A DNA stretch of 64,000 nt, from assembly GCF_009914755.1 (NCBI RefSeq), contig NC_060927.1; one strand, given 5' to 3'. This DNA is from the human T2T-CHM13v2.0 reference genome, Homo sapiens. The notes beneath the pieces were generated by a model that worked only from the letters and a program-made list of their open reading frames with translations, did no database searches and was not told the DNA's origin. The translations under genes and the position numbers were made by a program. Below, one piece after another: positions 28,568 through 42,083 of this stretch. Within the stretch, counting starts at the first letter, position 1. Every line of letters begins with the position of its first letter.

Positions 28568-29762
28568 CTAGGGGTTAAGAGGAGAACGATTATCCCCTGT
28601 AACACGTGTCATTCTGCCTGTCGTTCTGCTGAAAATGGCTAATCTGTAGTCTAAGATCTAAAAACAGAATAAGAATCTAATGAAATCAGGTCCTATAAAG
28701 AGCACGCAGGACTAAAGTAGGTTTCCAGGAATGGCTGTGCTCATCTGAGAGGTTCAAGAACGTAATGGCTGAGGACATCTCTGGAATCGAACTGAGTCTA
28801 CTCAGTCTGAGTCGGTGTTCTGTCCTACCAGTTTCTAACGCAGGACTTAGCATTTTGACCTCAATTTTTGCATCTGTACAATGGGTTGTGGGAACTAAAG
28901 GAGACACATTTAAAATATTAATAGTAGTCATACAAGATGAATTTTAGCTGCAAAATCAAAATCAAAATGACAGTCGTCATTATTATTCCCACCTAAATAG
29001 AAAACCTACAACTGGAGTCCTCCACCTCTTGAAGGCAAAGGGATTTGTGTTGGGCTAAGCGGTACTCAGTTTCCCAGGGTCCAGTAACCTGGATTGCGTT
29101 TGTGGGTTTTGTGGGAGGAGGTGGCCGAAGGCCAAGCCCTCCAGGGAACCGAGTCTTCTGGAGGAACGTTACAGTTCGCGCTCTCCGCCGCTAGATGGAG
29201 GCGTTGCAGAGGGGATGGCAGCTCCGAGGCTTACGGAGGAGGGTGGGGACCAGGCCTAGGCTGTCCAGGTGGCGCGAGCAGGCTCGCTTAGCAGCCCCTC
29301 CAGGATTCTCGGGAGCCACGTAGCGTGAACGGAATGCTTCACCTGGGGCTCTTGGAAGGAGTCTATGAACCCATGGGGCTGCTTTTGTGATCGCGTGCGC
29401 TTGTGAATGATTCTGCAATTGGAGAGTGTTGGGGGTGGGGGTGGCGGCCAGCATAGCTGGAAGATCCTGAGGACTCTCTGCCCCACTAAAGGTTAAAGAC
29501 TACTGGATCCTTAGCAATCCTTGTGTTGTTCTTGGTCATATAGATGAGGACACTGAACCCCTTACATGATTTGTTGGGCTTCCCCACATCTGGCATACAT
29601 AGCACGCATGTATACAGTAGGTGCTGTATGTGTGGTTGAGACATTTCTAGTCTAGGGAGGTAGTTCAGGTGAATGATTAAGACCTGCAGTTGACTCGATC
29701 CAGGTTCAAACGTAGGTGGTTTTATAGGCTGTGTGACCTTGGGCAAGTTGCTTAACCTCTTT

Positions 29763-30057
29763 TTTTTTTTTGGACAGGGTCTCTCTGCAGTCCAGGCTGG
29801 AGTGCAGTGGTGTGAGCTTGGCTGACTGCAACCTCGACCTCCCAGGCTCAAGCAATCCTCCCACCTCAGCCTTAGCTGGGACTACAGGTGTGCGCCACCA
29901 CACCCAGCTAATTTTTTTACTTTTTGTAGAGACGGGGCGGATTCGGGGGGTGGTTCACTGTTACTCAGGCTGTTCTTGAACTCCTGAGCTCAAGAGATCT
30001 GCCCACCTCAGCCTCTCAAAGTGCTGGGATTACAGGCATGAGCCACTGCACCCAGCC
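29763..30057 (-). mobile_element. Alu (AluJ-like) inserted into a MIR
   Basis: 14-bp TSD TGCTTAACCTCTTT at 29749 and 30058; the MIR core continues on both sides. Confidence 0.93.
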
Positions 30058-32051
30058 TGCTTAACCTCTTTGAGCCTTAGTTTCTTACCTGGGAAATGGG
30101 GATATTGAGCATAGCTCCATCCTAACACAGTGATGGGGTTAAATGAAAAGGCACAGTAAGTGCCCAATAAATGCTAGTTCTTATTGCCATTGATGGTTAT
30201 TTTCATCCTTTTGGCTTTGTGAGAAGCAGGGAAAGAGGCCTAGTCTGGGGCCATCTCATTGGAGAATAGTCAAAAAGCTTTTCTCAGGTGCGACCCATTT
30301 AGGGGAGAAAGTCAGCAGGTTTCAGCCAGGTCAGCTGCAGCCTGTGCCATTTCCTGCCTGCCCTCGCTGTGGGGTGAGGGCAGATGGATGGGAGTGTTGA
30401 TGTATGCTGAGGCTCCTACAGTCTTCTGGGGTCTGGCATGCACAAAAGAGCGCTCTGAGACCAGCCTGGGCACACCCTCCCTGCAGGAGGGATGCCACTT
30501 CATTGAGGCTGGAGTGGAACAGGCCTGGGCCCTCCTCAAAGCTGCAGAGGAACGGCTGCACTCAGCCTCCTGCCTCTCCCTGCCCTGGCCCTTCCTGGGC
30601 TCCTAGGAAGTTGGCCAGGGCTGTCCTCTGACTCCCATCTGTCCAGGAACAGCCCCATCACTGCTCCAGGCCTCGACTTCTCCCCTGACCCATTAGGGTT
30701 TCTTGGCAGAGCGAGAAAAGGCTTTCTCTGGAGTGAAGTGCAGGGGCTTGGAGCTGGCAAGGCCGGGGCTCCCATCCTACCCTGTTCCTTCCTAAGTGTG
30801 CTCATGTGGTCCTGCCACACACAAGCTCGACAAGTTCCTTCCTGAGCATCCCTTACACCTTTTCCCCAACTTGCCCTGACCTTTGTCCCAGAAGTGGCCC
30901 TTACAGCCAGTTCTTAGAAAACTCTGTTTTCTAAGAACAGAGGCAGAGAGGAGGTCTGGCTGGGGCTAGACCACCTGGTCCTTACCTGACCCTGTAAGTC
31001 CACTCCCTCCTGAAACATGTCCCTACTTCAGGCTTGGCGGCCCTCTGGCCTCCTGTTTAAGTGTGTGTCCTGCAGGAGATGCAGGGTTATCAAGGCCATG
31101 GATTCCCTTGTGGTCTCCCTGCCTCCAGCCCCGCTACTCCAAGCTGGAGGGAGGTTTCTGGAGTGCAGGCCTGGCCCCTCACACACTGCTCAAAGCCTTT
31201 CCGTGGCTCCCTACTGCTCTCGGCTTCCAGTCACACTTCTTAGCAGGCTTGCTAGCTCCTCATCCTCTGGCCTTGCTGCTGTCCCCAGCCTTGCCTCTCT
31301 ATGTTGCCCTGCAAACTTCTCTCCCTCCCTTTCCCTTCTCCTCCCTGCACTGTGTTGCCCCCGCCTGGAAAGAGCCTTCCCCAATTTTCTCCTGGCCAGC
31401 GCCCACAATCCTTCAGTCCTTAGCTGGCCATCAGCTCCCGCTGGAAGCCTCCCCTGAACCACCCGGGGTCTGTCCCCTGTTCTGCATCCCAGCTCTGCAT
31501 CCCAGCTCCCATAGCTGTGCTTCCTGCCCCTCCAGAGAGGCTCACCACATTGAGATTGTTTGTGAGCCTCACGGATACCTACGGAGGCTGTGAAGCCAGG
31601 GCCTTTCTAGTTCTTGGCTGACCCCCAGTGTCCTGTACAGAGCCTGGCCCACAGTAGCTGCTGCCTGTATTTGTTGAATGAATGAATGAAGGTGTATACT
31701 CAGCATGTGATCTTGCACTGTCATTGGTTGTCCCCACATCCTCATTTGTGTTGGCTTAAGCAGAGAGGCTTTGAGGATCGGGTCATGTTTCACTCATGTT
31801 CCATAGGAGAAGTGTGTCCTCCTGAGATAGGAGCATGTGGCAGGGGCCTGGCTAGCTCTGCGGTTCTACAGCTCTGCGGGTCTTTGAGACCTTCTGTTCC
31901 CCCAGGCCAGCCACGCTTCCCCTCCTGAGCTCTACGGGCATTCCTGCCATGAGGTAGGAGCTGAGCCAATGTTGGTTGAATGAATATGCCGCTACCCCCT
32001 ACCCTCCCTGGTTCTGGGTGGGAACTGTCTGGGGATGGATATGCAACTCAC

Positions 32052-32110
32052 CATTCACCAGGGCGATGTTTAGGCCTCTGCCCACATTGTTTTTCACAGG
32101 ACTCATGATC
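32052..32110 (-). CDS. FAM3D: FAM3D exon 6 (IMSPVKNNVGRGLNIALVN)
   Basis: 59 nt, TTCAG| ... AATG|GTGAGT. GG-domain motif NNVGRGLNIALVNG. Confidence 0.97.
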
Positions 32111-32636
32111 CTGAAGACAATGAAGAAGAAATATGACAGTCGGTCCCGAGTGTGGAATGAACACTCTGCTCTCCCAGCTGGGGAACTCCGTGAGGACCCA
32201 CATAAGCAATGCAGAAGCATTGGGAAACACATGCAATAACTGGGGCCATCTGTTTTCTCCTGAAAACTAGTGGTGGGCTGGATTCTCTGAAGAGTTTCTC
32301 AAGGCATGTTGGACCAGAACAACCTGCTCAGAGAAGAGGCAAGGTCCCTGCCTGGGCCTCTGAGGTGTTGGAGGTGGGGCCAGCCCACCCCCAGGCCGTG
32401 AGGCCTGGCTGCTGGAAGGAGGCAGGACCCAGAAGGTTGCTGCCATCCTGGGGTGTCTGAGTCCCCATGTGGCCCAGCTGTGTTCCTGCTGGCCCGGCAT
32501 CCACACCCTTGTCTCTGGATGTGCGGTGGGAGAATTGTCTTTCTCCACGAACAGGCCAGGTGGTTCCTGGGATTGACCTCTCTCTCCCAGGTGTGGACAA
32601 GCAGAGCATCCTACGTCCCCAGCTACAGCGACTGGC

Positions 32637-32985
32637 TGATATGGTTTGGCTGTGTCCCCACCCAAAGCTCATCTTGAATTCCCACGTGTTGTGGGAGGGA
32701 CCCAGTGGGAGGTAATTGAATTATGGGGGCAGGTCTTTCCTGTGCTGTTCTCATGATAGTGAGTAAATCTCACAAGATCTAATGGTTTTATAAGGAGGCT
32801 GCACAAGCTCTTTCTCTGCCTGCTGCCAACCATGTAAGATGTGACTTGCTCCTCCTTTGCCTTCCACCATGATTATGAGGCTTCTCCTGCCACATGGAAC
32901 TGTGAGTCCATTAAAATCTTTTTCCTGGATAAATTACCTAGTCTCGGGTATGTCTTTATCAGCAGCGTGAAAACGGACTAATACG
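32637..32985 (+). mobile_element. THE1-type MaLR solo LTR nested in an older MLT1-like LTR
   Basis: TGATATGGTTTGGCTGTGTCCCCACCCAAA ... GGACTAATAC; TSD CTGGC/CTGGG. Confidence 0.9.
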
Positions 32986-33846
32986 CTGGGCTAGGCTTGG
33001 TCATGTGACCCAGGCCAATCAATGAAATACAGGCTTGGGACTTTTGCAGGGATAATTTAGACAGGAAGGCTCTTTTCCCATTAGGGTGCTAGGCTGGGCT
33101 AATATGTCAAACCAGCTGGTGGTCTCCCTCTTTAACCACATGGAGAAATCCCTTGCAAGTAGAGAAAAAAAAGCAAAGCTATTAGACAGAGGAGGGTAGA
33201 GCTGAAGATGGGGTGATAGACAGCCCTGATGACATTGTTTGAATCCCTGGATCCAGGTGGTCCTGAAGCCTGCCTACCACCCCTGGTCTTTTAGGTATTT
33301 GAACCCATCACTTCCTTGTTTTGCTTAAACAAACTGTGGTTAGGTTCAGAATCCTGGTTTAAACACCCGTCCCTGAGTTCTTTCATAGGTTGCACTTGCT
33401 GTCCCAGGGCCTTTACTGTCTAGGTTGGATGATAGGTACACAGCCTTTCTCCTGTACTGGGGTGGAAGCCCTGGTGCCTGCTATATCTGGGCTTTGATGC
33501 CTGGGTCAGGATCTTGAAACTTCTCTGCAGGCATTTCCTTTCATGGGAAGCCCAGCAACTTGGCTGTTAGACTTGAGGTCAAATCCTGGTCCTGCCACTG
33601 GGCAGGTGACCCTGTCTGCACCCCACTATCCTCATCTTTACATTCTCCTGGGGGTAATATCCCCACCTCCCAGGATGTCGGGGGAATGAATGAGAGATGC
33701 TGTGAAGCACCAGGCAAGGTGCTGGTGGATGTGGGAGCTGTTTCAATTATTGTTATTTGTGCCTCACACACCCAGAGTGAAAGGGAAGCTGTGGGCTGGT
33801 CTCACAGGCCAGCCCCTGCAGCCTCTGAGTTTTTTAATGAATGAAT

Positions 33847-33879
33847 GAAATAAAATAAAATAAAATAAAATAAAATAAA
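33847..33879. repeat. (AAAAT)n
   Basis: Direct reading. Confidence 0.9.
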
Positions 33880-33903
33880 CATAGTTGTGTCTTAGGTACT
33901 TAC

Positions 33904-34021
33904 ATGCGGTCTTCAAAGCACATAGTAGGGCCCACGACGTTGGCGGCCCCACTGCAGATTTTAAACGCAAAGTAGTTGGCTGGGCAGGGCTTGATGAGGC
34001 CACACTTGTACTTTTTAACCT
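33904..34021 (-). CDS. FAM3D: FAM3D exon 5 (VKKYKCGLIKPCPANYFAFKICSGAANVVGPTMCFEDR)
   Basis: 118 nt, CCCCAG| ... CGCAT|GTAAGT. FAM3 motifs KCG...CP and SGAANVVGP. Confidence 0.97.
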
Positions 34022-37000
34022 CTGGGGAGGAAAGAGACCAGCCTTGGTGGGCAGAAGCTCAGGAGGTACTTGGGGGAGAAGGAGGGGAGGGCCAGGGCTA
34101 GGGCCAGGGCGCAGCTTGGGATGAAGCTCAGAGCCTCTTTCTGGGGGAGCCTTCGCTGATTGCAAAGTCTGGGAGATGTGCCCTTCTGGGCTCCACAGTG
34201 CCTCCAACAGCCCCCACCAGAGCACACAGGACCAGCCCAGAATGAATTTTTGGGCTTCCCTTCACAGCTCCAGCCACAGCAGGGCACCCTTGGTAAATGT
34301 AACCAGAGTAAACCTGAGTCACTATGACGAAGGGACTCTCCTGAGAACCTCTCGTTTGGGCCATGGCAGCCTTCTGAGTCCCCAGAGGCCCCTGTTGAGA
34401 ACTCCCAGGGACCCTGGCGGGGTGAGTGGGAGCACTTCTGTCTAGCCAGGTTCCCTTGGGCAAATTCTCAACCTCCTTGCACCTCATCTTATCTGCAAAA
34501 TGGGGTATCTGTGGTGCCTCCCCCACTGGGTTCTTGTGAGGAATACATGAGTGTGGTTTAATGCTCAGTACACTTTGGCTATTCTTCTCATCATTCATTC
34601 ATTTATCACTCATTTACTGAGCATCTACTAAGTGCCTGATGCTGGAATACAACAGAGAACAGGCAGACGGTTCCGGTTCTCCCACTGGGAGCTCAGCACG
34701 GTGTTGGGAGCCCACTGGGTACTCACTAAGTGGCACCTCTGGTGATGCTGGCTGTTCCTAAGACCTGCATCTTCTCCATGCAGCCTTCACAGGGTAAATT
34801 GGGGAGGTCCATGCCTGGGGGGAGATGCTGGTGGGACCTAAAGATGTGGCTGAGCGGCTGAGCCCTCAACGTGCTCTGTGAGTTCTGGGATGACACCCGC
34901 CCTTGCAGCCTGGCATGTTCTAATTCATCCTAATGTGTGCTTTTTAGCACCCGCTGACAGTTTGGAAGGCAGCATTAAGGAGGACTGGGTAAACATGGAT
35001 TTGGAGAATGCTCATCTGCAAAGGGAAAACGGGGGTTGGGCAGCCTTTCCCTCCCCAGCCCCTGTGCCAGGCATCTGGCCAAGGTCTGCCAGTGTGTGCT
35101 TTGGAGCAAAGCTGCAGGCTCCTTAAGGAAGCTTGCACATGCCAAGACCTTGCTGCATGCAAGGCACTGGGGCCAGGACTTTGTGTTTATTATCTTATTG
35201 ACTCATCCTGAAAACTCCTGTGTCTGGCACATAGTAGGCAGTGGGTAGTCTTCACTGCATAACATGTACAATATTTGGGCCAGGCTACACCTGAGGCTGG
35301 TAGGGACCATGAGGTTTCCAGGGCCCTCCCTGGTCTATAGGGAGCTTTTAGGTGAATCAGGAAAATGCACCCCTCTGGAGGGGCACAACCCACTGGTGCC
35401 AGGCTTGGCGAGCACCTTTGAGTAGGTAAAGGTGCCCCTTCTAGGAGCAAATGCAGCCCACACCAGGGAACCCTGCTGGCTTGGTTTCCCTCCACTGAGC
35501 AGGCAACCCTGGGAATCTGAGAGGAAATGCCTGTCCAGGGCTCCCCCTCTCCTGGTTTCAGCACACACATGTGATGGGTGGAACTGAACTCAAACCATGA
35601 CATTGTCACCCAGAGAGTGGGCAGTGGGCAGAGGCATCCGTGAAGGGCTGTTCAGGAGAGAGTGGGTATCCAAGCCTGTGGCTTAGGGGAGAGAGGGCCG
35701 GGCTGGGGGTGGACCAACTCCCCTTCTCCTCCTTCTGGGCAGGATCCCTATGAAGGGGCCCAGCCCCCACCTATGGGATTGGCTGAGGAGTGATGCTGGG
35801 GAGGGAAGCCAGGGCATGGCTCCTGGTCTCCTACAGCCTTGGGGCCCCACCTCCAGCCACATGCACCCCTCACCCGGGGATCTCACCTATGCAGGGAGAT
35901 CATTCCCAGCCCTGGGGACCACTTCTGGAGTTTGCCCAGAGCCTAATCAATTGCAGCTAAGTCTGATAAACCTGATGTCAACAGGCTGGCTTAAGCAGGC
36001 TTTTCCAGCATTGATTTTCTGACCATCCAGCCTTCACAGTCACGCTGCTGGATGAAGGGAGATGAGGCCAAGGGGGCCTCAGCCTCTGGGAGGCAGGAGA
36101 TTTGCTCTCTGGGTTCTGGCATAGAAGGCTGCTCCCATCAGCTGCCTCAATCCCTGAGGCCCAACCCCCCCGGGAACCCTTGTGCTGTTGCTCAGAGCAT
36201 GGAACTGGTGTGCTACCAAGAGCACTGGGGCAGGGATTCATTCAGGAAATAGGCTGCTCTTTCATTAATCTGCTCTGTGGCTTGCCAGAAATTGCTCCCT
36301 TTATCTTTGCCAGCTGTGAAATCAGGAAGTTGGTTTAGATCAGGGTTGTCAAACAGGTTTCCTCTTAAATGTCAATGTGGACCTCCTGTTAAAGGCTTAA
36401 TGATAAATCTCTCAAGGCTGCCTATGGGCTTGGAGGGAAAGAATGCTGGGATTGATTGGTGATGTCTGCCATGGGAACAGGCAGGGTGGAAAACAGCATG
36501 TGTGCTTGAATTTGCTATCCCCCCAGCAGGTGATGTCTAAGTGTTTGATAGCAACAAGATGCTGTGACACTCTGTGTCCACTTCAGAATATGACTGAGGA
36601 GACTTCAGGGAGCTAGGGTTAAGGGTGTGGGGGTGAATGATTTGTGTTGCTTCATATTGTCTTTGCCTTCTGTAATCTCACAGTGTACTGGGGCACCCAT
36701 GTCCTTCTTAGCCAGGCAAAATCCTATTTTGGGAGCCACAGCCCTCTTCAGAGTCACCACCATGTTGAGAAGGAAATGGAGAGGGCCTGGAGGTGCTGCC
36801 TCTTGCAAAGAGGGGTTGAGGGGGTGGGCTCTGGACTAGATGGTGGAGGGGGTTTGACTTCTGCCTCACCACTTACAGCTGTGTGACCCTGGCCAAAAGA
36901 TTTCACTTCTCGGTGCCTTAGTTTCCTTACCTATAAAAGGGGCTACTTATAGCACCAACATAGGGTTGTATGTAGGATTGCATGAGATGCCTGTGAAGTT

Positions 37001-37709
37001 CTGAATCCAGTGCCTGGCACATAATAGACACTCAATCATCGTTACTAGTACCATCATCACAGCTCTCCCTCCCCTTCCTTGTCCTGACTCTCTAGCCAAG
37101 GACTCCACTGGAGCATTCTTGCCTTTAGGCCTTTGCAGAGGGGATACCTCCTCCCTGAGGCCTTGCAGGGGTTGCCCCTCCTGGAACCCAGAGCACTTTC
37201 TCCACTTCTCTTAGGCAGTTCTGGCATTTCCACCCCAACAGACAATCAGCACCCACTTCTGTTTGTCTCTGGGGCCCCTGTAGTGCCTGATGTGGTCTCT
37301 GGCACTTTGCAGCAGGAACCCTGAGCCAAGCCTGGGGTCACTGCAATGGGGTTAAGGAGCACAGCCCTGGTCCTCGGGCTCCCAGCTGTGTGGGGTTGTC
37401 AGAGACAGGGGGCAGGGGCAGGGTTCGGTCCAGACTGCAGCAGGGGTACTGGAGAAGGGGCAGAGTTGAACTGTGTCTCTACAGTCTGAATGACTGAGAG
37501 GGGGGCCACCCCTGCCACAGGGCTTAGAGGCTTCAGAAGGCACCATTGGGCCATGGGAGGAGAGGACTGGGAAGAATCAGGAAGCCCAGGTTTCTCTGGC
37601 ACCTGCAGGGCTCAGAGCAGGGGCCCTGGGCCTTGTTGCCCTAGGGCAAATGGGAGCAGGGGGTGAGTGGATGAGGTCGGGGGAGGTGTGGGGCTGCACA
37701 GATACTCAC

Positions 37710-37733
37710 GGATCTCCTTGGTGGGCGAGGCTG
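37710..37733 (-). CDS. FAM3D: FAM3D exon 4, 24-nt microexon (AASPTKEIq)
   Basis: TCTGTCTTCTCTCCAG|CAGCCTCGCCCACCAAGGAGATCC|GTGAGT, phase 1-1. Confidence 0.93.
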
Positions 37734-37885
37734 CTGGAGAGAAGACAGAATCTGGTTAGAGGAAAAGCACTTCGGACCCTCCTGCAGGATGGAGGTTGGG
37801 GGCTGGGGGCTGGGGAGTGGGAATAAGGGGATTTAAATTGGCGCCATTGAAATGAACTAAAAATACCTTGCCACTGTCACCCCTT

Positions 37886-38128
37886 CACACACATACATAC
37901 ACACACAGCACACATATACACAGATACACATGTGTACACACACGCACACACATATACACATGCACACACACACACATGCAGATATATGTGACACTCATGT
38001 ATGCATAGAGACACACAGGTATGGTCACATATACAGACACACATGTGTGCACACACAGACGTGTACACACACGCAGACATACACATGTGTGTGCATATAC
38101 ACACATACACTTGTACAAGACACACACA
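37886..38128. repeat. Degenerate (CA)n low-complexity tract
   Basis: Direct reading; about 240 bp. Confidence 0.92.
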
Positions 38129-38940
38129 CGACTCTCCCTTGGTTCAAAAGAAGCTGGGCTGTTTGAGACCCATTAGAGTTTGTGCCCTAGTTCCTAGTAT
38201 ATGACTGCATGAGACATTTAACCTCCCTGGGCCTCAGTTTCCTTGACAGCACATGTAGATGGCATGTGTGATGACAGCCACCCTCACAGGGCCATGGAGG
38301 GGACCCAGTGAGATCACTGTGTGAGGGCCAAGCCCGGTGCCTGGCCCCTGGGCCCCAGTGAAGGGTAGAGTTGTGCTGCTGTGGGTGTTTGGCCCATATT
38401 GGGGTGTCTCTTTCCTGACTGCCCACAGTGCATATTGTCTGCACTGGCTCTAGGGCCCTTGGCCACTTCCTGAAATCTTATACCATATCCTAGTTGTTTC
38501 TGTGGTTCTACATCGTATCTCCCACCACGCCAGCAGTGACGCCTGGAGGACAGGGCCTCCAGAGGAAGCAGAAATCCTAGGGGAAGAAACTCTCCTTTTT
38601 TGGGGGAACCCCCCCCAACACTTACACGCTTTCCATTTGGTTCTCAGGGGCTGTCCATCTGGAAATGTCCCTACCCCTTGCCTCCAAGGCCCCAGGAGTG
38701 GCATGAGACCCAAGCTGGGTCAATCATACTATTACATTTCTCTGGAGACAGAGCCCTTCCCTACTTCCCTATGTTGATACATAGTTGGTGGGGGCAGGGG
38801 GAGAGGGAGAGACAGAGAGAGAGAGAGAAAGTGCTTTTTCAGCCAAGGGAGAAGATAAGCATCGGGAGAGGAGCCATCGTGCCTGCCTTAGAGAGAAAGC
38901 TGCCCATGGAATGAGGCCCTAATCTGTTGAGGTCAAGTAG

Positions 38941-39411
<471 letters not shown>

Positions 39412-39454
39412 TGGTCACTCTTATCCGAAAGAACTCTGATTAACTTTCTAGGCA

Positions 39455-39745
39455 CAGGGGTTCTTAATCTGGTTTCTGTGCCATGATTCCCTTTGGTGGT
39501 TTGGAAAAGCCCATGAACTCCCCTCAGAATAAAATTATTCTCACTTCCCTTGAGACACTTATCACTTTATACTCCAACAGACTGTGTTATTAAATGCATA
39601 AAGTAAAATAGATTGGAAACCAATTATATATCAATATAATAGTAAAAACAAAAACCAAATTTGTGCTATAGTAATATATGTGCTTCTATATCAGTGCATT
39701 AAATAATAAAATGAGGGTATGTGCACTCAGGTTAGGAACCTCTGA
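39455..39745. mobile_element. hAT-Charlie-type non-autonomous DNA transposon
   Basis: Imperfect terminal inverted repeats CAGGGGTTCTTAATCTG / CAGGTTAGGAACCTCTG around an AT-rich interior. Confidence 0.65.
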
Positions 39746-40747
39746 AGTAAATGAAAATTACTCCCTTCAGTGCTGAAACATCAATGGTTTTTACTGGCCA
39801 TCTTTCCCACTGGTTACATTTCCTGCCATTGTAAACATTTCCTGAGACTCTGCATCATGTTAATGCACTTTCATTTTTCCACATGCTGTAATGAAGTCTG
39901 TTTCTTTCTCTGACTCAGACCATGAGCAGGGCCACATGTTCCTCATTGAGGGTCCCTGGGGCCAAACACAGAGTTCAAAACCCAGCAGTCACTTAATGAT
40001 GGTTGGTTGGAGATGTTGGCTTGTCAAACCCCAGGTAGTTGAGTACTGAGAGAGAAATAATTACTGGGTCTCTTTTCAATTACTGCCCCTCTCCCACCTC
40101 GGACTGGGGCACTCTTCTCTAGAGGACACCCCTGAGCCTCCTACACTGACTTGGGCCCCTCACCTTTGAGGCCATTAGTGCAGCCACATCACTGTCTAGT
40201 TTGTAAAAGCAGCGATCCTGGGTGGGGGTGGGGGGCGCGGGGGTGGGGACACTTGGCCACTAAGCATCTATATAAACTTCTAAATCATCTCAGCATGGGC
40301 TGTGGAACATGCTTGACAAGAAGCAAACAAGGTAAGGGATCGCAGACACTCCACTGTGGGGTCATGTTCAAGAAGGAGTGACTGGTTTACTTGCTGCCTT
40401 AGGAAGCTGGGAGAGGCTCAGGTCACTGATGTTTGTGATGATGTCAATGTACATGGTTCTTGGTCTTCAAGCGGGATGAATCCAGAGATATAAATCCCTT
40501 CCCTTCACTTCTTCCTTTGATCAGAAAGGATATGAATCTGGGAGACCTGGGTTCCCGTTCTTGTTCTAATATCTCCAAGAGGAACTTGGGTGAGTTTTTA
40601 AATCTCCTCAAGCTTCTGTTTTCTCAGAACACATGTGAAACCACATCAAGGATTGTGCTTGAGTCCATTCCACAACCACACCATAGATCACTCTGTGGAA
40701 CATTTGTGCAGGTTAAATGAGACTATGCATGTAAAGCAGCTAGCATC

Positions 40748-41384
40748 CAGCATCCTTCCACCTGTCCATCCATTCATTCATTCATTCATTCATTCATCTA
40801 TCCACCCACCCACCCACCATCTACCCATCTAGCCATCCACCCATCCATCTACTCACTCATCCCTTCTCCACCCACTCATCCATCCATCCACCCTTCCCTC
40901 CATCTACCCATCTACCCATCCACCCATCCATCTACTCACTCATCCCTTCTCCACCCACTCATCCATCCATCCACCCTTCCCTCCATCTACCCATCTACCC
41001 ATCCACCCATCCATCTACCCACTCATCTGTTCTCCACCAACCCATCCATCTACTTATCCCTCCATCTATCCATCCAGCCATTCACACATTCACCCACTCA
41101 CTCATCCATTCTCCACCCACTCATTCATTCGCCCATCTCTCCATTTGCCCATTCATCTGTCCATCTACTCATCCCTCCATCTACCCATCCAACCATCCAT
41201 TTATCTATCCACCCACCCACTCAGCCATTCTTCACTCATCCATCCATCTGTCCATCCATCTGTCCATCCATCCATCCATCCATCCATCCATCCATCCATC
41301 TCTCCATCTACCCATCCATCCATCTACTCATCCTTCCAACTACCCATCCATCCACCCACCCATTTATCCATCCATCCATCCATC
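40748..41384. repeat. (CCAT)n-derived complex repeat attached to an L2-like tail
   Basis: About 640 bp of CATT/CCAT/CCAC with an 83-bp higher-order unit. Confidence 0.92.
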
Positions 41385-42083
41385 TGTTTTTTTTTTTTTT
41401 CACTCATCAAATGTTTACTAGGCATCTGCTCTGTGCCAGGCACTAGAGAGGTGGATGCACACAAAATAAAATCCTTGTCTTCAGGAAGCTCACATTCTAG
41501 GGTGTGGAGACTGGCAACAAACAATGAAACATAAAAACCATAATGACAGATAATGATGGTGTTCTGAAAGGAAAAGCCTGACATGAGAGAAGCTAAACTA
41601 GGAGGAAGGGGTGCAATCTTAGCAGGGCAACCTTAGCTGAAACTCGAAGGCTGAGAAGGAGCCAGGTGGGAGGGCAGGTGGGGGGGATCTGCATGAAGAG
41701 ATACAGGAAGAGGGAGCAGCAGGTGCAGGTGAAGACGCTCAATATATGATTTTCTTTCTTCCTTTCCTCCCACCTCCCTTCCTTCTGTTCTTCCTCCCTC
41801 TGTCCTTCCTCCTTTCTTTCCTTCCTTCTTCGGGTCACCTTTTCAAAGTGGTCCTCGATGTGGGCACATGTGTTGCCCAGGCCCTTGCAATGCACCTCTG
41901 TTCCCCATGGACTCCACCCTTCCTGGTAGTCTGGGGGTGCCCCCTCTCCCTGCAATTGCTGGGGTCCCAAAGGCAGCACAGCTTGTCATGTCTCCTGGGT
42001 CACCTAGGGATGGAGGGAAGAATATGTCTTCGGCCCCCAGGCCTGGTCTGCAGTTCCTGCCCCCAGCAGTGAGCCCCACTCAC

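Noticed and set aside
28790-28806. Small hairpin ACTGAGT-CT-ACTCAGT
   Set aside because: 7-bp stem, within chance expectation for 64 kb.
37877-38204. Cys/Val- or His/Thr-rich ORFs (also 4844, 41145, 57945, 60126)
   Set aside because: Translations of simple repeats.
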